A stretch of 64,000 nucleotides of DNA from an uncultured virus (IMG/VR IMGVR_UViG_3300008117_000020) (Duplodnaviria > Heunggongvirae > Uroviricota > Caudoviricetes). The translations under genes and the position numbers were made by a program. Under the pieces are notes generated by a model. That model saw only the letters and a program-made list of their open reading frames with translations, had not been told where the DNA came from and made no database searches. Location: the IMG/VR virus record IMGVR_UViG_3300008117_000020; one strand, 5' to 3'. Positions 17,121-26,135 of this stretch are shown piece by piece. Within the stretch, counting starts at the first letter, position 1; each line of letters begins with the position of its first letter.

Positions 17121-17636
17121 CTACTTATCTGGAAGTGACTCCAGCTTTGCAATTGCCTGTGCAGCCCATGCATTCTTTGCACGGGATGATTCCTGAAAGG
17201 CCCACGGATTCCAGTCTTGAAGAATCTTAACAAGATTGTCAAGATTTTTCTGTGGAATAATCTTCTTACCCATAAGGTAGTTGATAACTCCGACTTGCTG
17301 GAAACTCATCTCATAACCTGGATATTCGCCGTCACGGCTAACACTGCGAGGACTGTTCTTTGGTATGAGATGCTGCGGAAGAACGTCGTCAATGCGACAA
17401 GACAAGTAATCAATATGATTTTCAATCAAATCAATATACTCGTTTGCCTGCTTGGCTTCTTCTTCCATGCATTTGATGGTTTCTTTTAAGTCTTTGATTT
17501 CCTCTTCAAGCTTGATAACCGTTTCTTGAACAGCACAAACTTCGTCAAGGATTTCTCCGACAAGAACTTCAGGATTGTTGCTCCAACTTTTCAGTAGGAA
17601 CTTCAATGCCTGAAGTTGGGTCTGGTACAGTTTCAT
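17121..17636 (-). CDS. Hypothetical coiled-coil protein
   Basis: GAGGAGG RBS; C-terminal MSFQQ...WAAQAIAKL resembles the helical domain of 15165/15708. Confidence 0.75.
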   Translation of the reverse strand: MKLYQTQLQALKFLLKSWSNNPEVLVGEILDEVCAVQETVIKLEEEIKDLKETIKCMEEEAKQANEYIDLIENHIDYLSCRIDDVLPQHLIPKNSPRSVSRDGEYPGYEMSFQQVGVINYLMGKKIIPQKNLDNLVKILQDWNPWAFQESSRAKNAWAAQAIAKLESLPDK

Positions 17637-17777
17637 GATCCCTCCTATGAATCATGTCCACACTGTGTGAGTAAATGGTCCCACTTTGAGACCTAGAATC
17701 TACCCATAAAGAAGAAACCCCTTACGGGGCTCCTCCTCCGGAAGTTGACGACTCTTCCTGATTGTGAATGAAGTTTT

Positions 17778-18056
17778 TCAGCTCTTCTTGAGCTTTTCGT
17801 ACTCCGAACGAAGCTTGATGTGTGCCTTCTTGGCCTCTTCGAGACGACGGGCTGCTCGCTGGTTGCTTTCCTTGGCTGCATTGAGCATTGCCTCGTACTT
17901 CTCCAGCTTTTCGCCAGTCAGCTCTGCCATCTCCTCGGTGATCTCTTCGATCTCCTGAGCGATCAGGTTGATGGTGTTCTGCAGCTTCTTCTCGAAGTCC
18001 CAGGTCCTGAGGATTGAGTCCTTCAGTGCCTGAACGATGGCTTCTTGAATGTCCAC
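17778..18056 (-). CDS. Hypothetical coiled-coil protein
   Basis: GTG start, GGAGG RBS, occupies one cassette. Confidence 0.75.
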   Translation of the reverse strand: MDIQEAIVQALKDSILRTWDFEKKLQNTINLIAQEIEEITEEMAELTGEKLEKYEAMLNAAKESNQRAARRLEEAKKAHIKLRSEYEKLKKS

Positions 18057-18159
18057 GTTTTACCTCCGTGGTGTTGGTGACCTTGGGTTAGAGGTCTGTT
18101 TACTACCCATAAAGAGAAAACCCCGATCCTGTACGATCGAGGTCTCCTCTTTGTTCAGC

Positions 18160-18534
18160 TTACTTCCAGCTGATTGCGGGACGAATCTGTCCGTTGAAGT
18201 CGGCATGCTGATGCACACCTGACCAACGCCAGATATCGCCCTTACCGCCATGACCCATCTCTGGATCGCCACCCGTCTGGGCAATGATCTGCAAGATGAA
18301 CGCCGGATCGAACATGACTGGTCCGATCAGCTTGGCGAGTGTGGGTTCTCCACCCCATGCGTGCACGTACATGCTGCGAACCACGTTGGGAACGAAGTGC
18401 ATGTTGCCGTACACGAACACGTCGGTGTACATCGGGTCAGACTGAACGGCACGCTCGAAATCGAGACGGCCATCCATGATCGACAGGATGGTGAGAATGA
18501 AGGGATAGATTCCCTTCGGGTTGTTTGCTGGCAT
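18160..18534 (-). CDS. Hypothetical protein
   Basis: AGGAGGAG RBS, one cassette. Confidence 0.75.
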   Translation of the reverse strand: MPANNPKGIYPFILTILSIMDGRLDFERAVQSDPMYTDVFVYGNMHFVPNVVRSMYVHAWGGEPTLAKLIGPVMFDPAFILQIIAQTGGDPEMGHGGKGDIWRWSGVHQHADFNGQIRPAISWK

Positions 18535-18701
18535 GACTCCTCCTAGAGTATGCTAGATGATGGGTTCCGCCCATCGACGGTAGGCTACTGCATGTACAGC
18601 TGCAATATTTAAAGGTCTAAGACCTACCAAAAAAGAGAAAACCCCCTGCTGGCCCGAGCGGACGGCCAACAGAGGGTGATCTCATGTTTTTTTTCTTTCT
18701 T

Positions 18702-18887
18702 TTAGTGAGTGTGAAGGTGAACGAGGCAGTGCTTGTACTCTGTCATTGACAGCTTAGTGCACTCTACACAGTATTTCACTGCTTCCGCTTTTTGGGTTGA
18801 TGCCCACTTGCGGTACTCGTCTGCAAGTTGGCTGACGAGTGTTGGATCGCTTGCCGAAATTCGGATCAGCTCGGGTTTCTGTTTCAT
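18702..18887 (-). CDS. Small hypothetical protein
   Basis: MKQKPE start after AAGGAG; CVEC...HC. Confidence 0.6.
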   Translation of the reverse strand: MKQKPELIRISASDPTLVSQLADEYRKWASTQKAEAVKYCVECTKLSMTEYKHCLVHLHTH

Positions 18888-19022
18888 ATCTGCTCCTTTC
18901 AAGCAGACCGCTCTGTGTGGTTGGTGACCCCCCTTTGGGATCTTAAACCTACCATAAAAGAGAAAACCCTCCTGCCCCGCGTGAACGAGCAGAAGAGTCC
19001 CTCTTATCTGTGATTGGTTAGA

Positions 19023-19220
19023 TCACTTGTGATCTCGACCGCAGGCCTGGCAGAAGCCGACGCCGAGGTCGAGAGTGATGGTCTTGAGGACCTGGGCAGC
19101 CTTGTCGAGGCTGGCCGTGATTGCGAAGACGTGCTCGCTGCACGCCATCAGGTTGAGGATCTCCCCATCTGCATTGATGGAGATTTCGTGGATGTTGTTG
19201 AGGTTCTCCCGTGAAGCCAT
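19023..19220 (-). CDS. Small Cys/His protein
   Basis: MASRE...CSEH...CQACGR; paralog of 21713..21913. Confidence 0.75.
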   Translation of the reverse strand: MASRENLNNIHEISINADGEILNLMACSEHVFAITASLDKAAQVLKTITLDLGVGFCQACGRDHK

Positions 19221-19346
19221 TTTGGCCCTCCTTATGGAAGATCACGCTGTGTGGCAGACAACACCTCCCTTTGAGGTCTTGAATCTACCATAAAAGAGAA
19301 AACCCCCGAAGTCGAAACTTCGGGAGTCGTCCCTTTTGATCACTGA

Positions 19347-19772
19347 TCAGGCGTTTTCGTACGCCTTCTGGGCCTTGGTGATCTGCCCCTTGATTGCTGC
19401 GAGCTGCTTCTTTGCCTTGTTCATCTCGGCCTTGGCGTTGTTCAGTTCTTCGGTGCAGGAGTTGACGTCGCACTGCAGCGACCAGATCTTGTCCTCCACC
19501 CAGGTCAAGTCGTCCTGTCCACGCAGAACGATGTTCTTCAGCTTTCCGTCCTCGATGATCTGCATCGTGACAGCCTCGCCCTTCTTGAGCTTGAACGCGA
19601 TGAAGACGTTGTTCTTGAGCTCCTTGAGGAGAGCATCAGCCTTCGTCTGCGTGTTGCTGATGGTGTTCTGCAGGGGCTCGATGACGTTGTCTTCGAAGTG
19701 TGCCTTCTTTGCCACGAGTGCCCACAGGATCTTGAAGGCCACCTCGGCAGCCTTGTTCTTGATCTTTGCCAT
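19347..19772 (-). CDS. Hypothetical coiled-coil protein
   Basis: GGAGG RBS, one cassette. Confidence 0.75.
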   Translation of the reverse strand: MAKIKNKAAEVAFKILWALVAKKAHFEDNVIEPLQNTISNTQTKADALLKELKNNVFIAFKLKKGEAVTMQIIEDGKLKNIVLRGQDDLTWVEDKIWSLQCDVNSCTEELNNAKAEMNKAKKQLAAIKGQITKAQKAYENA

Positions 19773-19919
19773 TGTGATACCGACCTCCGTCGGCTTGGGC
19801 AGTTATTTCAAAGACCTCAGGAATTTGAGACCTAGGAACTACCCATAAAGAGAAAACCCCTTTCGGGGTCTCTCCTTCTTCCAACCACTTAAGGTCGGGA
19901 AAGTCATTTTGTAAAAAGA

Positions 19920-20135
19920 CTACTTAAACTTAAGTGTCTTTAACTTGTCTTGAGTTCGAAAGAGCAAAAGATAAAGGCTTTCGTTCTTATCTTTGTCAAG
20001 GACAAGCCATCCTTGAGCACCTCGAAAGGTGCCGTACTCGGCAAAGCGATTGAGTTGAAGTTCGGTAGCAACCAATCGCTTGTTAATGCTAGCCAACTTT
20101 TCCTCCTCCTCTTTGCTAGGGATGTATGGTTTCAC
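19920..20135 (-). CDS. Hypothetical protein
   Basis: GTG start with the same CACGGAGGTAAAAC leader as 18056. Confidence 0.7.
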   Translation of the reverse strand: MKPYIPSKEEEEKLASINKRLVATELQLNRFAEYGTFRGAQGWLVLDKDKNESLYLLLFRTQDKLKTLKFK

Positions 20136-20241
20136 GTTTTACCTCCGTGAATTGGGTCAGGTCTTTGTGACCTAGTTACTGCCCATAAAGAGAAAACCAC
20201 ACTGGCTGTGTGGTTCTCTCTCCGGTGTCAGTAGTTCGTGA

Positions 20242-20748
20242 CTACTTCTTCACCTTGGACTTGACGCCCTCACCGCGATGAGGGTTCTTCTCACCGTTCT
20301 TGCGGTAGATCTCTTCCTCGATGTCGAGAAGAGCTTCTTCTGCGTCGTCCTGCAGGTCATCTGCCTGCTTGACCATCTTCTCCAGCATGTCGAACGCCTT
20401 GTCGGTGTTCTTCCACATGTTGAACTTGATGGTCTTTCCGTTGTCGTCGATGATTGTGAGCACGTTTGTTGCCGTGCTGTAGCTCATCTTCGGAACGGAA
20501 GCTGTCTTGACCGGCTCAACGATTTCTGGAGCAGACATGCGGACGATTCTTCCGTAGTAGGTCCCGTCTTCGTTGAACGAGTTGGACCTCATCACCTCTC
20601 CGTTGTTGACGAGGATGTTGGATTCCGCGACAGAAACCAGCGTCTTGTCGACGATCTCCTGGATCTCTGCACGGAACATCCACCTCATGACGGGGATGGT
20701 GATGAGCATCAGGAGCACGTATGCTCCGATGAATTGGATGGCTGCCAC
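20242..20748 (-). CDS. Membrane-anchored hypothetical protein
   Basis: N-terminal hydrophobic helix; AAGGAGG RBS. Confidence 0.75.
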   Translation of the reverse strand: MAAIQFIGAYVLLMLITIPVMRWMFRAEIQEIVDKTLVSVAESNILVNNGEVMRSNSFNEDGTYYGRIVRMSAPEIVEPVKTASVPKMSYSTATNVLTIIDDNGKTIKFNMWKNTDKAFDMLEKMVKQADDLQDDAEEALLDIEEEIYRKNGEKNPHRGEGVKSKVKK

Positions 20749-20852
20749 TTTGGGCCTCCTTCTTTGTTGGTTTTAGGTGGTCGGTTGACTACCCATAAAA
20801 GAAAAACCCCGGTTCTGCATAACCGAGGTAGTTCTTTTTGTTTTTGTTTTTG

Positions 20853-21149
20853 TTATTCGTAGATCTTTTTGAGCACCTTCACGAACACGAGAGCCCCAAT
20901 GGCTGGTCCTGCAATCATGAAAACTACGAATGTGATGAAGCTCGACGTTGCATCGTTCATGATTTCGTCGGGCATGTTGAAGAATGCGTACGTGTAAAGT
21001 CCGCACCATGTGAAGAGCACCGGGATGATCAAGGCTCCAATGAAGAAATCCTTGACCGGTGTGTTGCTTTCCATAGCCATTCCGACACCAGGAAAGATGA
21101 TAAAAGTGATCGCCAAGAAAGCGATCAGGATGAATGTTACGAGATCCAT
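20853..21149 (-). CDS. Membrane protein (about three TM helices)
   Basis: Start MDLVTF; three hydrophobic stretches. Confidence 0.7.
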   Translation of the reverse strand: MDLVTFILIAFLAITFIIFPGVGMAMESNTPVKDFFIGALIIPVLFTWCGLYTYAFFNMPDEIMNDATSSFITFVVFMIAGPAIGALVFVKVLKKIYE

Positions 21150-21319
21150 TGCGGATCCCCCTTTCGGGTTTTTGACGAGATGCGCTCGTCGACGCAGGCT
21201 AGTGCACATGCAGATGCACCAATTAAAGACCTAGGGTCTACCCATAAAAAGAAAACCCCAAGGAGCCGAAGCCCCTCGGGGAAAAGAAGTTTTCTTTATT
21301 ACGTTGACGTAAGCGTCTG

Positions 21320-21595
21320 CTACTTGTGGAGCTTCGGCTTGACGTTGTGGTTGGGGATGTGGCGGCGGAACTTGCGGACGATGAGCTCGTCGGCGTAGTT
21401 CGTGTTGACGTTGTGGAAGCTGACCGACTGGCCGAACTCGAGGTTCTCGAACTGGTCGATGACCTGGTCGATCGTCTCCTCGGCGTAGTCCAGCTGGATC
21501 CCGGCCTGCTCGAGCAGGACGCGGAGCTTGTACTTGGTCGTGACGCCGTCCTTGTCGACGGTGTACACCACCTCGTTGGTCGTGAACGTGTTCAT
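21320..21595 (-). CDS. Hypothetical protein
   Basis: 91 aa, strong GC3 codon bias, one cassette. Confidence 0.75.
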   Translation of the reverse strand: MNTFTTNEVVYTVDKDGVTTKYKLRVLLEQAGIQLDYAEETIDQVIDQFENLEFGQSVSFHNVNTNYADELIVRKFRRHIPNHNVKPKLHK

Positions 21596-21712
21596 TGGTT
21601 TTCTTTCTGTTGTTGGTTTTTAGTGATCGGTCGACCACCATAAAAGAAGAAACCCTCTCCACCCCGCGCGAACGGATGGAAAGGGCCTTCTTTTTTTGTT
21701 GACCTTGTTAGG

Positions 21713-21913
21713 TCAGCTGTGCGACCGCCCGCAGGCCTCGCACGACATGTCCTCGCTGGACCAGGTCACCGGGATCGAGATGATCGACTCGGCCTTGTCC
21801 AGGTGAGACTTGATGATGCCCAGGTGCCATGTGCACACCTGGATCTGGTGGGGCATCTCGTCCTTGCGGAAGTGGATGCTGTGGATGGGATGTGTGTTCT
21901 TGCGTGAAGCCAT
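21713..21913 (-). CDS. Small Cys/His protein, paralog of 19023..19220
   Basis: MASRK...CTWH...CEACGR; AAGGAGG RBS. Confidence 0.75.
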   Translation of the reverse strand: MASRKNTHPIHSIHFRKDEMPHQIQVCTWHLGIIKSHLDKAESIISIPVTWSSEDMSCEACGRSHS

Positions 21914-22068
21914 GATGGCCCTCCTTGTTTGCAAGATCGCGCTGTTGAGCAGGCAGGTCCTCCCTTTGAGGACTTAAACCTATTCATAAAAGAAAAACTC
22001 CCCTAAGGGAGTCTCTCTCTCTTCCAAGTACTTAAACTCGGGAAAGTCACAGAAACAGTCTGTTAAGA

Positions 22069-22494
22069 CTATTTCTTAATGTCGTGATTATGATGACCAG
22101 GACGACAGTTTTGACGACAATAGCAGTCGTCACACTGGTAGTCTACACTACAATCGCAATCAATTGATTCCATGTATGATACGTAATCAATGTATGCATC
22201 GCTAGCGTATACACTATTCTCATAATCCAAATCAACGTATGCGTTACAAACAGCGCATACGACTGGACAATGACCGCATTCGCACCCAGGTCCATCAGCG
22301 AAGTAACCATCTCGATGATGATGACCGCACGACATGAGTTGTGGCATTATTTTCACGTTAAAGCACGGGTTGTAATGCTTGCGACGGTCAAGATCGTTTG
22401 CGATCTTGAAAAGAGCTATGTCTTCTTGTTCGTCGTCCTGTTCCCAGAACCGGTCTTTTGCCATTTTACGCATGGCTGCACGGCTTGCGCCCAT
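22069..22494 (-). CDS. Cys/His-rich hypothetical protein
   Basis: Multiple CxC/CxxC clusters. Confidence 0.65.
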   Translation of the reverse strand: MGASRAAMRKMAKDRFWEQDDEQEDIALFKIANDLDRRKHYNPCFNVKIMPQLMSCGHHHRDGYFADGPGCECGHCPVVCAVCNAYVDLDYENSVYASDAYIDYVSYMESIDCDCSVDYQCDDCYCRQNCRPGHHNHDIKK

Positions 22495-22710
22495 AGGTAC
22501 CCCCTATGTAGGCATACAGCTTGACGTACTGTACACGATAATTACGCTTTGCCCTACGTCTTCGACTTGCGTCTCCAACAACTGAGGTCATCTTCGACTT
22601 GCGTCTCCAACAACTGGTGCCAGTTCTTCTTACTACAGAAGCTAATAGGTCATAGACCTACCTATAAAAGAAAAACCCAGGAACTCACCCTGGGTTAATC
22701 TTTTTTTGTT

Positions 22711-22992
22711 TTACTTGGCTTCTGCCTTCTCAGCGAGACTGCACATACCAAAGATGTAGCCAATTGTACCGCCACTGATGAGCATGCAGCCCACAATGAA
22801 ACGTGGCAAATCCATGTCCTTTTCAATAAGGACAATAGCAAGGATAGCTCCAATCATAAATGGGAACGTGAAGAATCCACCTACGAAGCCAATGATTTGT
22901 GCCTTCCGACCCTTGAACATTACTGCAACGTTCAAGCCGAAAAGGACAAGGATGATTACAGCAGCGATGCTGTAGATGATTGTTGAAGCCAT
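22711..22992 (-). CDS. Membrane protein
   Basis: Three hydrophobic segments; GGAGG RBS. Confidence 0.7.
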   Translation of the reverse strand: MASTIIYSIAAVIILVLFGLNVAVMFKGRKAQIIGFVGGFFTFPFMIGAILAIVLIEKDMDLPRFIVGCMLISGGTIGYIFGMCSLAEKAEAK

Positions 22993-23182
22993 GATTCCTC
23001 CAGGAACATGTCATGTACACAACTTAACGTATTGTGCATGATTATTACGTTACCCTACGTCTTTGACTTGCGTCTCCAACAACTGAGGTCAGTTCTCCTT
23101 ACTACGGGAGCTAATAGATCGTAAATCTACCTATAAAAGAAAAACCCAGGAACTCACCCTGGGTCTTTCTTCTTTTGCCTAG

Positions 23183-23554
23183 TTAGGCCGTCTTACGTGA
23201 AAGACGCTCTTCCATTCTCCACATTTCGGAGTAGGCAGTGTTGATTCTCTGCTCCGCACGACGAAAGTCGATCACCGAGTTCACGATCATGACGATTGCG
23301 AACACCAACGCACCGATGCCACCGATGAAGTGGATCAGGATGAAGATGAAGCTCTCGGTGCTCATGTTCGGGGTTTCGATGTACAGGTAGCCGCAGATTG
23401 CGACCAGCAGGCCACCGAGAATCGACATGACGATCGCTGCCTTGATGTTTTCCTTGACGGAATGCATCAACGCACTTGACCGTTGAATGTTCTGACGGAT
23501 TGTCTGGATTGTGAAAATGTCCATTGAAATGAACTTCTTTCTGTGCTTGCGCAT
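23183..23554 (-). CDS. Membrane protein
   Basis: Two TM segments; start uncertain. Confidence 0.7.
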   Translation of the reverse strand: MRKHRKKFISMDIFTIQTIRQNIQRSSALMHSVKENIKAAIVMSILGGLLVAICGYLYIETPNMSTESFIFILIHFIGGIGALVFAIVMIVNSVIDFRRAEQRINTAYSEMWRMEERLSRKTA

Positions 23555-23711
23555 ACACCCGACGTGTACACGACTGCTTCTGTACGACGCTGAAGCCAGC
23601 GTGCTGCTTAGCCCATAAAGGACACGGACGCACCGTAAGTAAGGTCCAAGACCTACCCATAAAAAGAAAACGGCCCTATCTCCCGACAGTACCGTTTCTT
23701 TTATCGCGTTG

Positions 23712-23849
23712 CTACGCGTTCTCGAGGGCGTATGCGATGTCAGTCAGTCGACCGATTGCGTGCATACGCTCTTCGTCGCTCAACTCTTCGTTGTTGGCCT
23801 TCTCCTTGTAGATTGCCTGCCACTTGAGCAGTTCCTCCCTTGAGTGCAT
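23712..23849 (-). CDS. Small hypothetical protein (45 aa)
   Basis: Own translation MHSREELLKWQ...ALENA; AAGGAG RBS. Confidence 0.65.
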   Translation of the reverse strand: MHSREELLKWQAIYKEKANNEELSDEERMHAIGRLTDIAYALENA

Positions 23850-23974
23850 GGGTATCTCCTTTGTTTATGGGCCTAAGCCCTACCCATAAAAAAATAAATT
23901 TAATATCTACCAATAAAAAGAAAAGTGCGTGAACTCACCACACACTTCTCTTTCCTAAGCTTCTTTTTTCTCGC

Positions 23975-24430
23975 TTAGTTCTTGCGCTCTGTCGTATGAC
24001 CACTCTTAGTCACACGACCAACAGACTTATTCGAGTCTGTTGCCTCAAAGTATTCACCCTCCCTAGGGAACATGAATCCAATCATTGCAAAGTTTGCCAC
24101 ATCCATCAGCATCTCCACATTTCCCTTCTTCAAGTTCTTTGCTTCATTGCCTTCTTCGAATGCCTTCAGTCTCAACTTCAACGATTCAATCGCATCCATT
24201 GCTCCATCCTTACCATATCCCTCTTCAACTTTTCCATACTTGAAGAAAGACACAACCATCCGATTGACCATTCCCTGAAGGAAATCAACATCAATCTCTT
24301 CTTGTGCATCAACAGAAACATTCAAGACAATTTGCTTTGTCTTCTTTTCCATCTCAACAACAATCTTTTCTCCCTTATCCAACAAAGCCTTTGTTTCCTC
24401 CAACTTTGCCTTCGCTTCTTTTGTAAACAT
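23975..24430 (-). CDS. Hypothetical protein, possibly all-alpha NTP-PPase-like
   Basis: Start MFTKE after AAGGAG; GNVEMLMDVANFAM motif. Confidence 0.6.
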   Translation of the reverse strand: MFTKEAKAKLEETKALLDKGEKIVVEMEKKTKQIVLNVSVDAQEEIDVDFLQGMVNRMVVSFFKYGKVEEGYGKDGAMDAIESLKLRLKAFEEGNEAKNLKKGNVEMLMDVANFAMIGFMFPREGEYFEATDSNKSVGRVTKSGHTTERKN

Positions 24431-24692
24431 TTCTGTCTCCTTTTTCTTATACATCGTAACCCCGATCCCCCGGTGGGCTCGTTTAAGGTTTATAATCCAC
24501 GATATATCCATAGGTACCCACCTGAAAATTTTCCCCAAATTCCATAGGGTAAGACTTTTTTACATGTCTTTATAGGTTCAAAAATTTTTTCCTAGAAATT
24601 TCCCCATATAGGTTGCAAGGCCCGCAAAACACTGATAGTTTTTCTCTCACTCGGGTAAGCCCGATAAAAACCACTACAAAAAGGAAACAAAA

Positions 24693-24863
24693 ATGCCACG
24701 TAAAAACAATGAAGACAAAACCTTCGAAGACACAATGATCCTAGAGACTCAAGATGAAATCGAAGAATTCATGGAGTCATACCAGATAGGTGGATTCGAT
24801 GCTTATAGAGATGCCTATGACGATATGAACTTCGACATGGATAACTATGGATACGATTACTGA
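24693..24863 (+). CDS. Small very acidic protein (56 aa)
   Basis: Own translation MPRKNNEDKTFED...DDMNFDMDNYGYDY; AAGGA RBS. Confidence 0.6.
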   Translation: MPRKNNEDKTFEDTMILETQDEIEEFMESYQIGGFDAYRDAYDDMNFDMDNYGYDY

Positions 24864-24915
24864 TATCTCAGTAAATTTTTTTAATTAGATAAAACAAACG
24901 CAGAAAGAAAAACAA

Positions 24916-25467
24916 ATGACCACAATGCCTAATAACACATTGGTAGCTTCAAGTAAACTTCTACAGACAAAAGCACCTTGGAGAATTAATGGATCCCTAT
25001 TGGGACAAATAACAAAAGACCATGATGTAATAATGTTTGATCATGACTCATCAGAGATGACTTATGAAAAGATGGCTAAAAAAATAGGAAGACACCTGTA
25101 CACAAGAGTACAAAGAGATATACATCATCTTACCTTTATAGGTTATGAGCATGAGTGTAGATTGGTGTCTGATCTATACACAACTATGGGCTTTAAGTTT
25201 GATTGTGCGATTTTGATCAATGATATTCATCCAAAGTCTGTATATGACAATATCATGGGATACACTGCGTTTTATAACTTCTGGACCAAAGACAAAGGAT
25301 GTTATGGTCCACTCAAAGGAGCAGAAGAGAATGTCTATCTCAAGACACTATTGCCAGCTCACTTATCAAATAGGTTAGCTCAAGAAATAGCTGGATGTTT
25401 AGTATATGGATGGTACGATCAGAACTATCTAGAAAACAACAAGCCAGTGTTTAGCTATGTAAGTTAA
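24916..25467 (+). CDS. Hypothetical protein
   Basis: 183 aa ORF. Confidence 0.65.
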   Translation: MTTMPNNTLVASSKLLQTKAPWRINGSLLGQITKDHDVIMFDHDSSEMTYEKMAKKIGRHLYTRVQRDIHHLTFIGYEHECRLVSDLYTTMGFKFDCAILINDIHPKSVYDNIMGYTAFYNFWTKDKGCYGPLKGAEENVYLKTLLPAHLSNRLAQEIAGCLVYGWYDQNYLENNKPVFSYVS

Positions 25468-25781
25468 AAATCATCATCATCAGGTGGTCCGAGCTCGATC
25501 TCATCAGAACTTACGACATATACGTTGGGACTGGTGGGGTCGAGCTCTCTTACTATGTCCTCTACAGGTTTACTTAAGAACTTAGACATGTCTTGAACTA
25601 GCGACCACTGTTCTGGGTCAAACATCGTAAGAACCACATTGTTATCTTTATCTGTGTGAAACGTCGCATAATAATCTTGATGCGAGGATTCAGAACTAAA
25701 GTCAACCTCTAGCATTTCGTCAGCTTCAACAGACCTGACAGATTCCATCAATCTTTTTAGAATGTCCCAGAAAGATTCCAT
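25464..25781 (-). CDS. Acidic hypothetical protein
   Basis: 105 aa, ends PPDDDDF. Confidence 0.65.
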   Translation of the reverse strand: MESFWDILKRLMESVRSVEADEMLEVDFSSESSHQDYYATFHTDKDNNVVLTMFDPEQWSLVQDMSKFLSKPVEDIVRELDPTSPNVYVVSSDEIELGPPDDDDF

Positions 25782-26135
25782 AACTTGTACGCTACCGTTT
25801 CTCTAAATTTAAAAAAAATATTAGGCCCGAAAAAATTGGGCGCGGTTTTGACGGTTATAGTACCTTTGAATCCTGATGTTCGTAGATATAAATTAAAAGA
25901 TCATCAAGCACTTTGTGTATACTTGATAAACACTCTTCTAATCTAGATAAAAAAGATTTCGACTGAGAAAAATCTACAAAGACAACATTGTCATTATCAA
26001 TCATCTACAACCTCTATCCAATCGTCTCCACACTCTCTACACTCAATTCCATATCTTGTACAGCCCTCTTCTTTTGCGGGAAGAGTTTTAACTATGAAGT
26101 TAGGTGGAACTGGACAGTATGGACAAGGATCTATA

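Larger units (their letters stand above)
10615..23925 (-). repeat. About 25 dispersed copies of terminator hairpin + TTTWTGG(G)TAG-N6-GRYC intergenic element
   Basis: Plus-strand CTACC(C)AWAAA cores or close variants at 12589, 15079, 15621, 16365, 17039, 17700, 18103, 18624, 18949, 19285, 19839, 20179, 20789, 21238, 21635, 21980, 22658, 23127, 23653, 23880, 23907; degenerate copies near 10625, 11369, 11893, 12565. Confidence 0.9.

Noticed and set aside
22559..22616. Two or three copies of a 26-nt repeat resembling a mini-CRISPR
   Set aside because: Only about 5 nt between the copies, no spacers and no cas genes; better explained as leader duplication
10615..23925. Cassette junctions as integron attC sites or SigF/SigB promoters
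   Set aside because: No GTTRRRY/RYYYAAC ends and no integrase in the window; GGTTT to GGGTA spacing (about 9 nt) is too short for SigF/SigB
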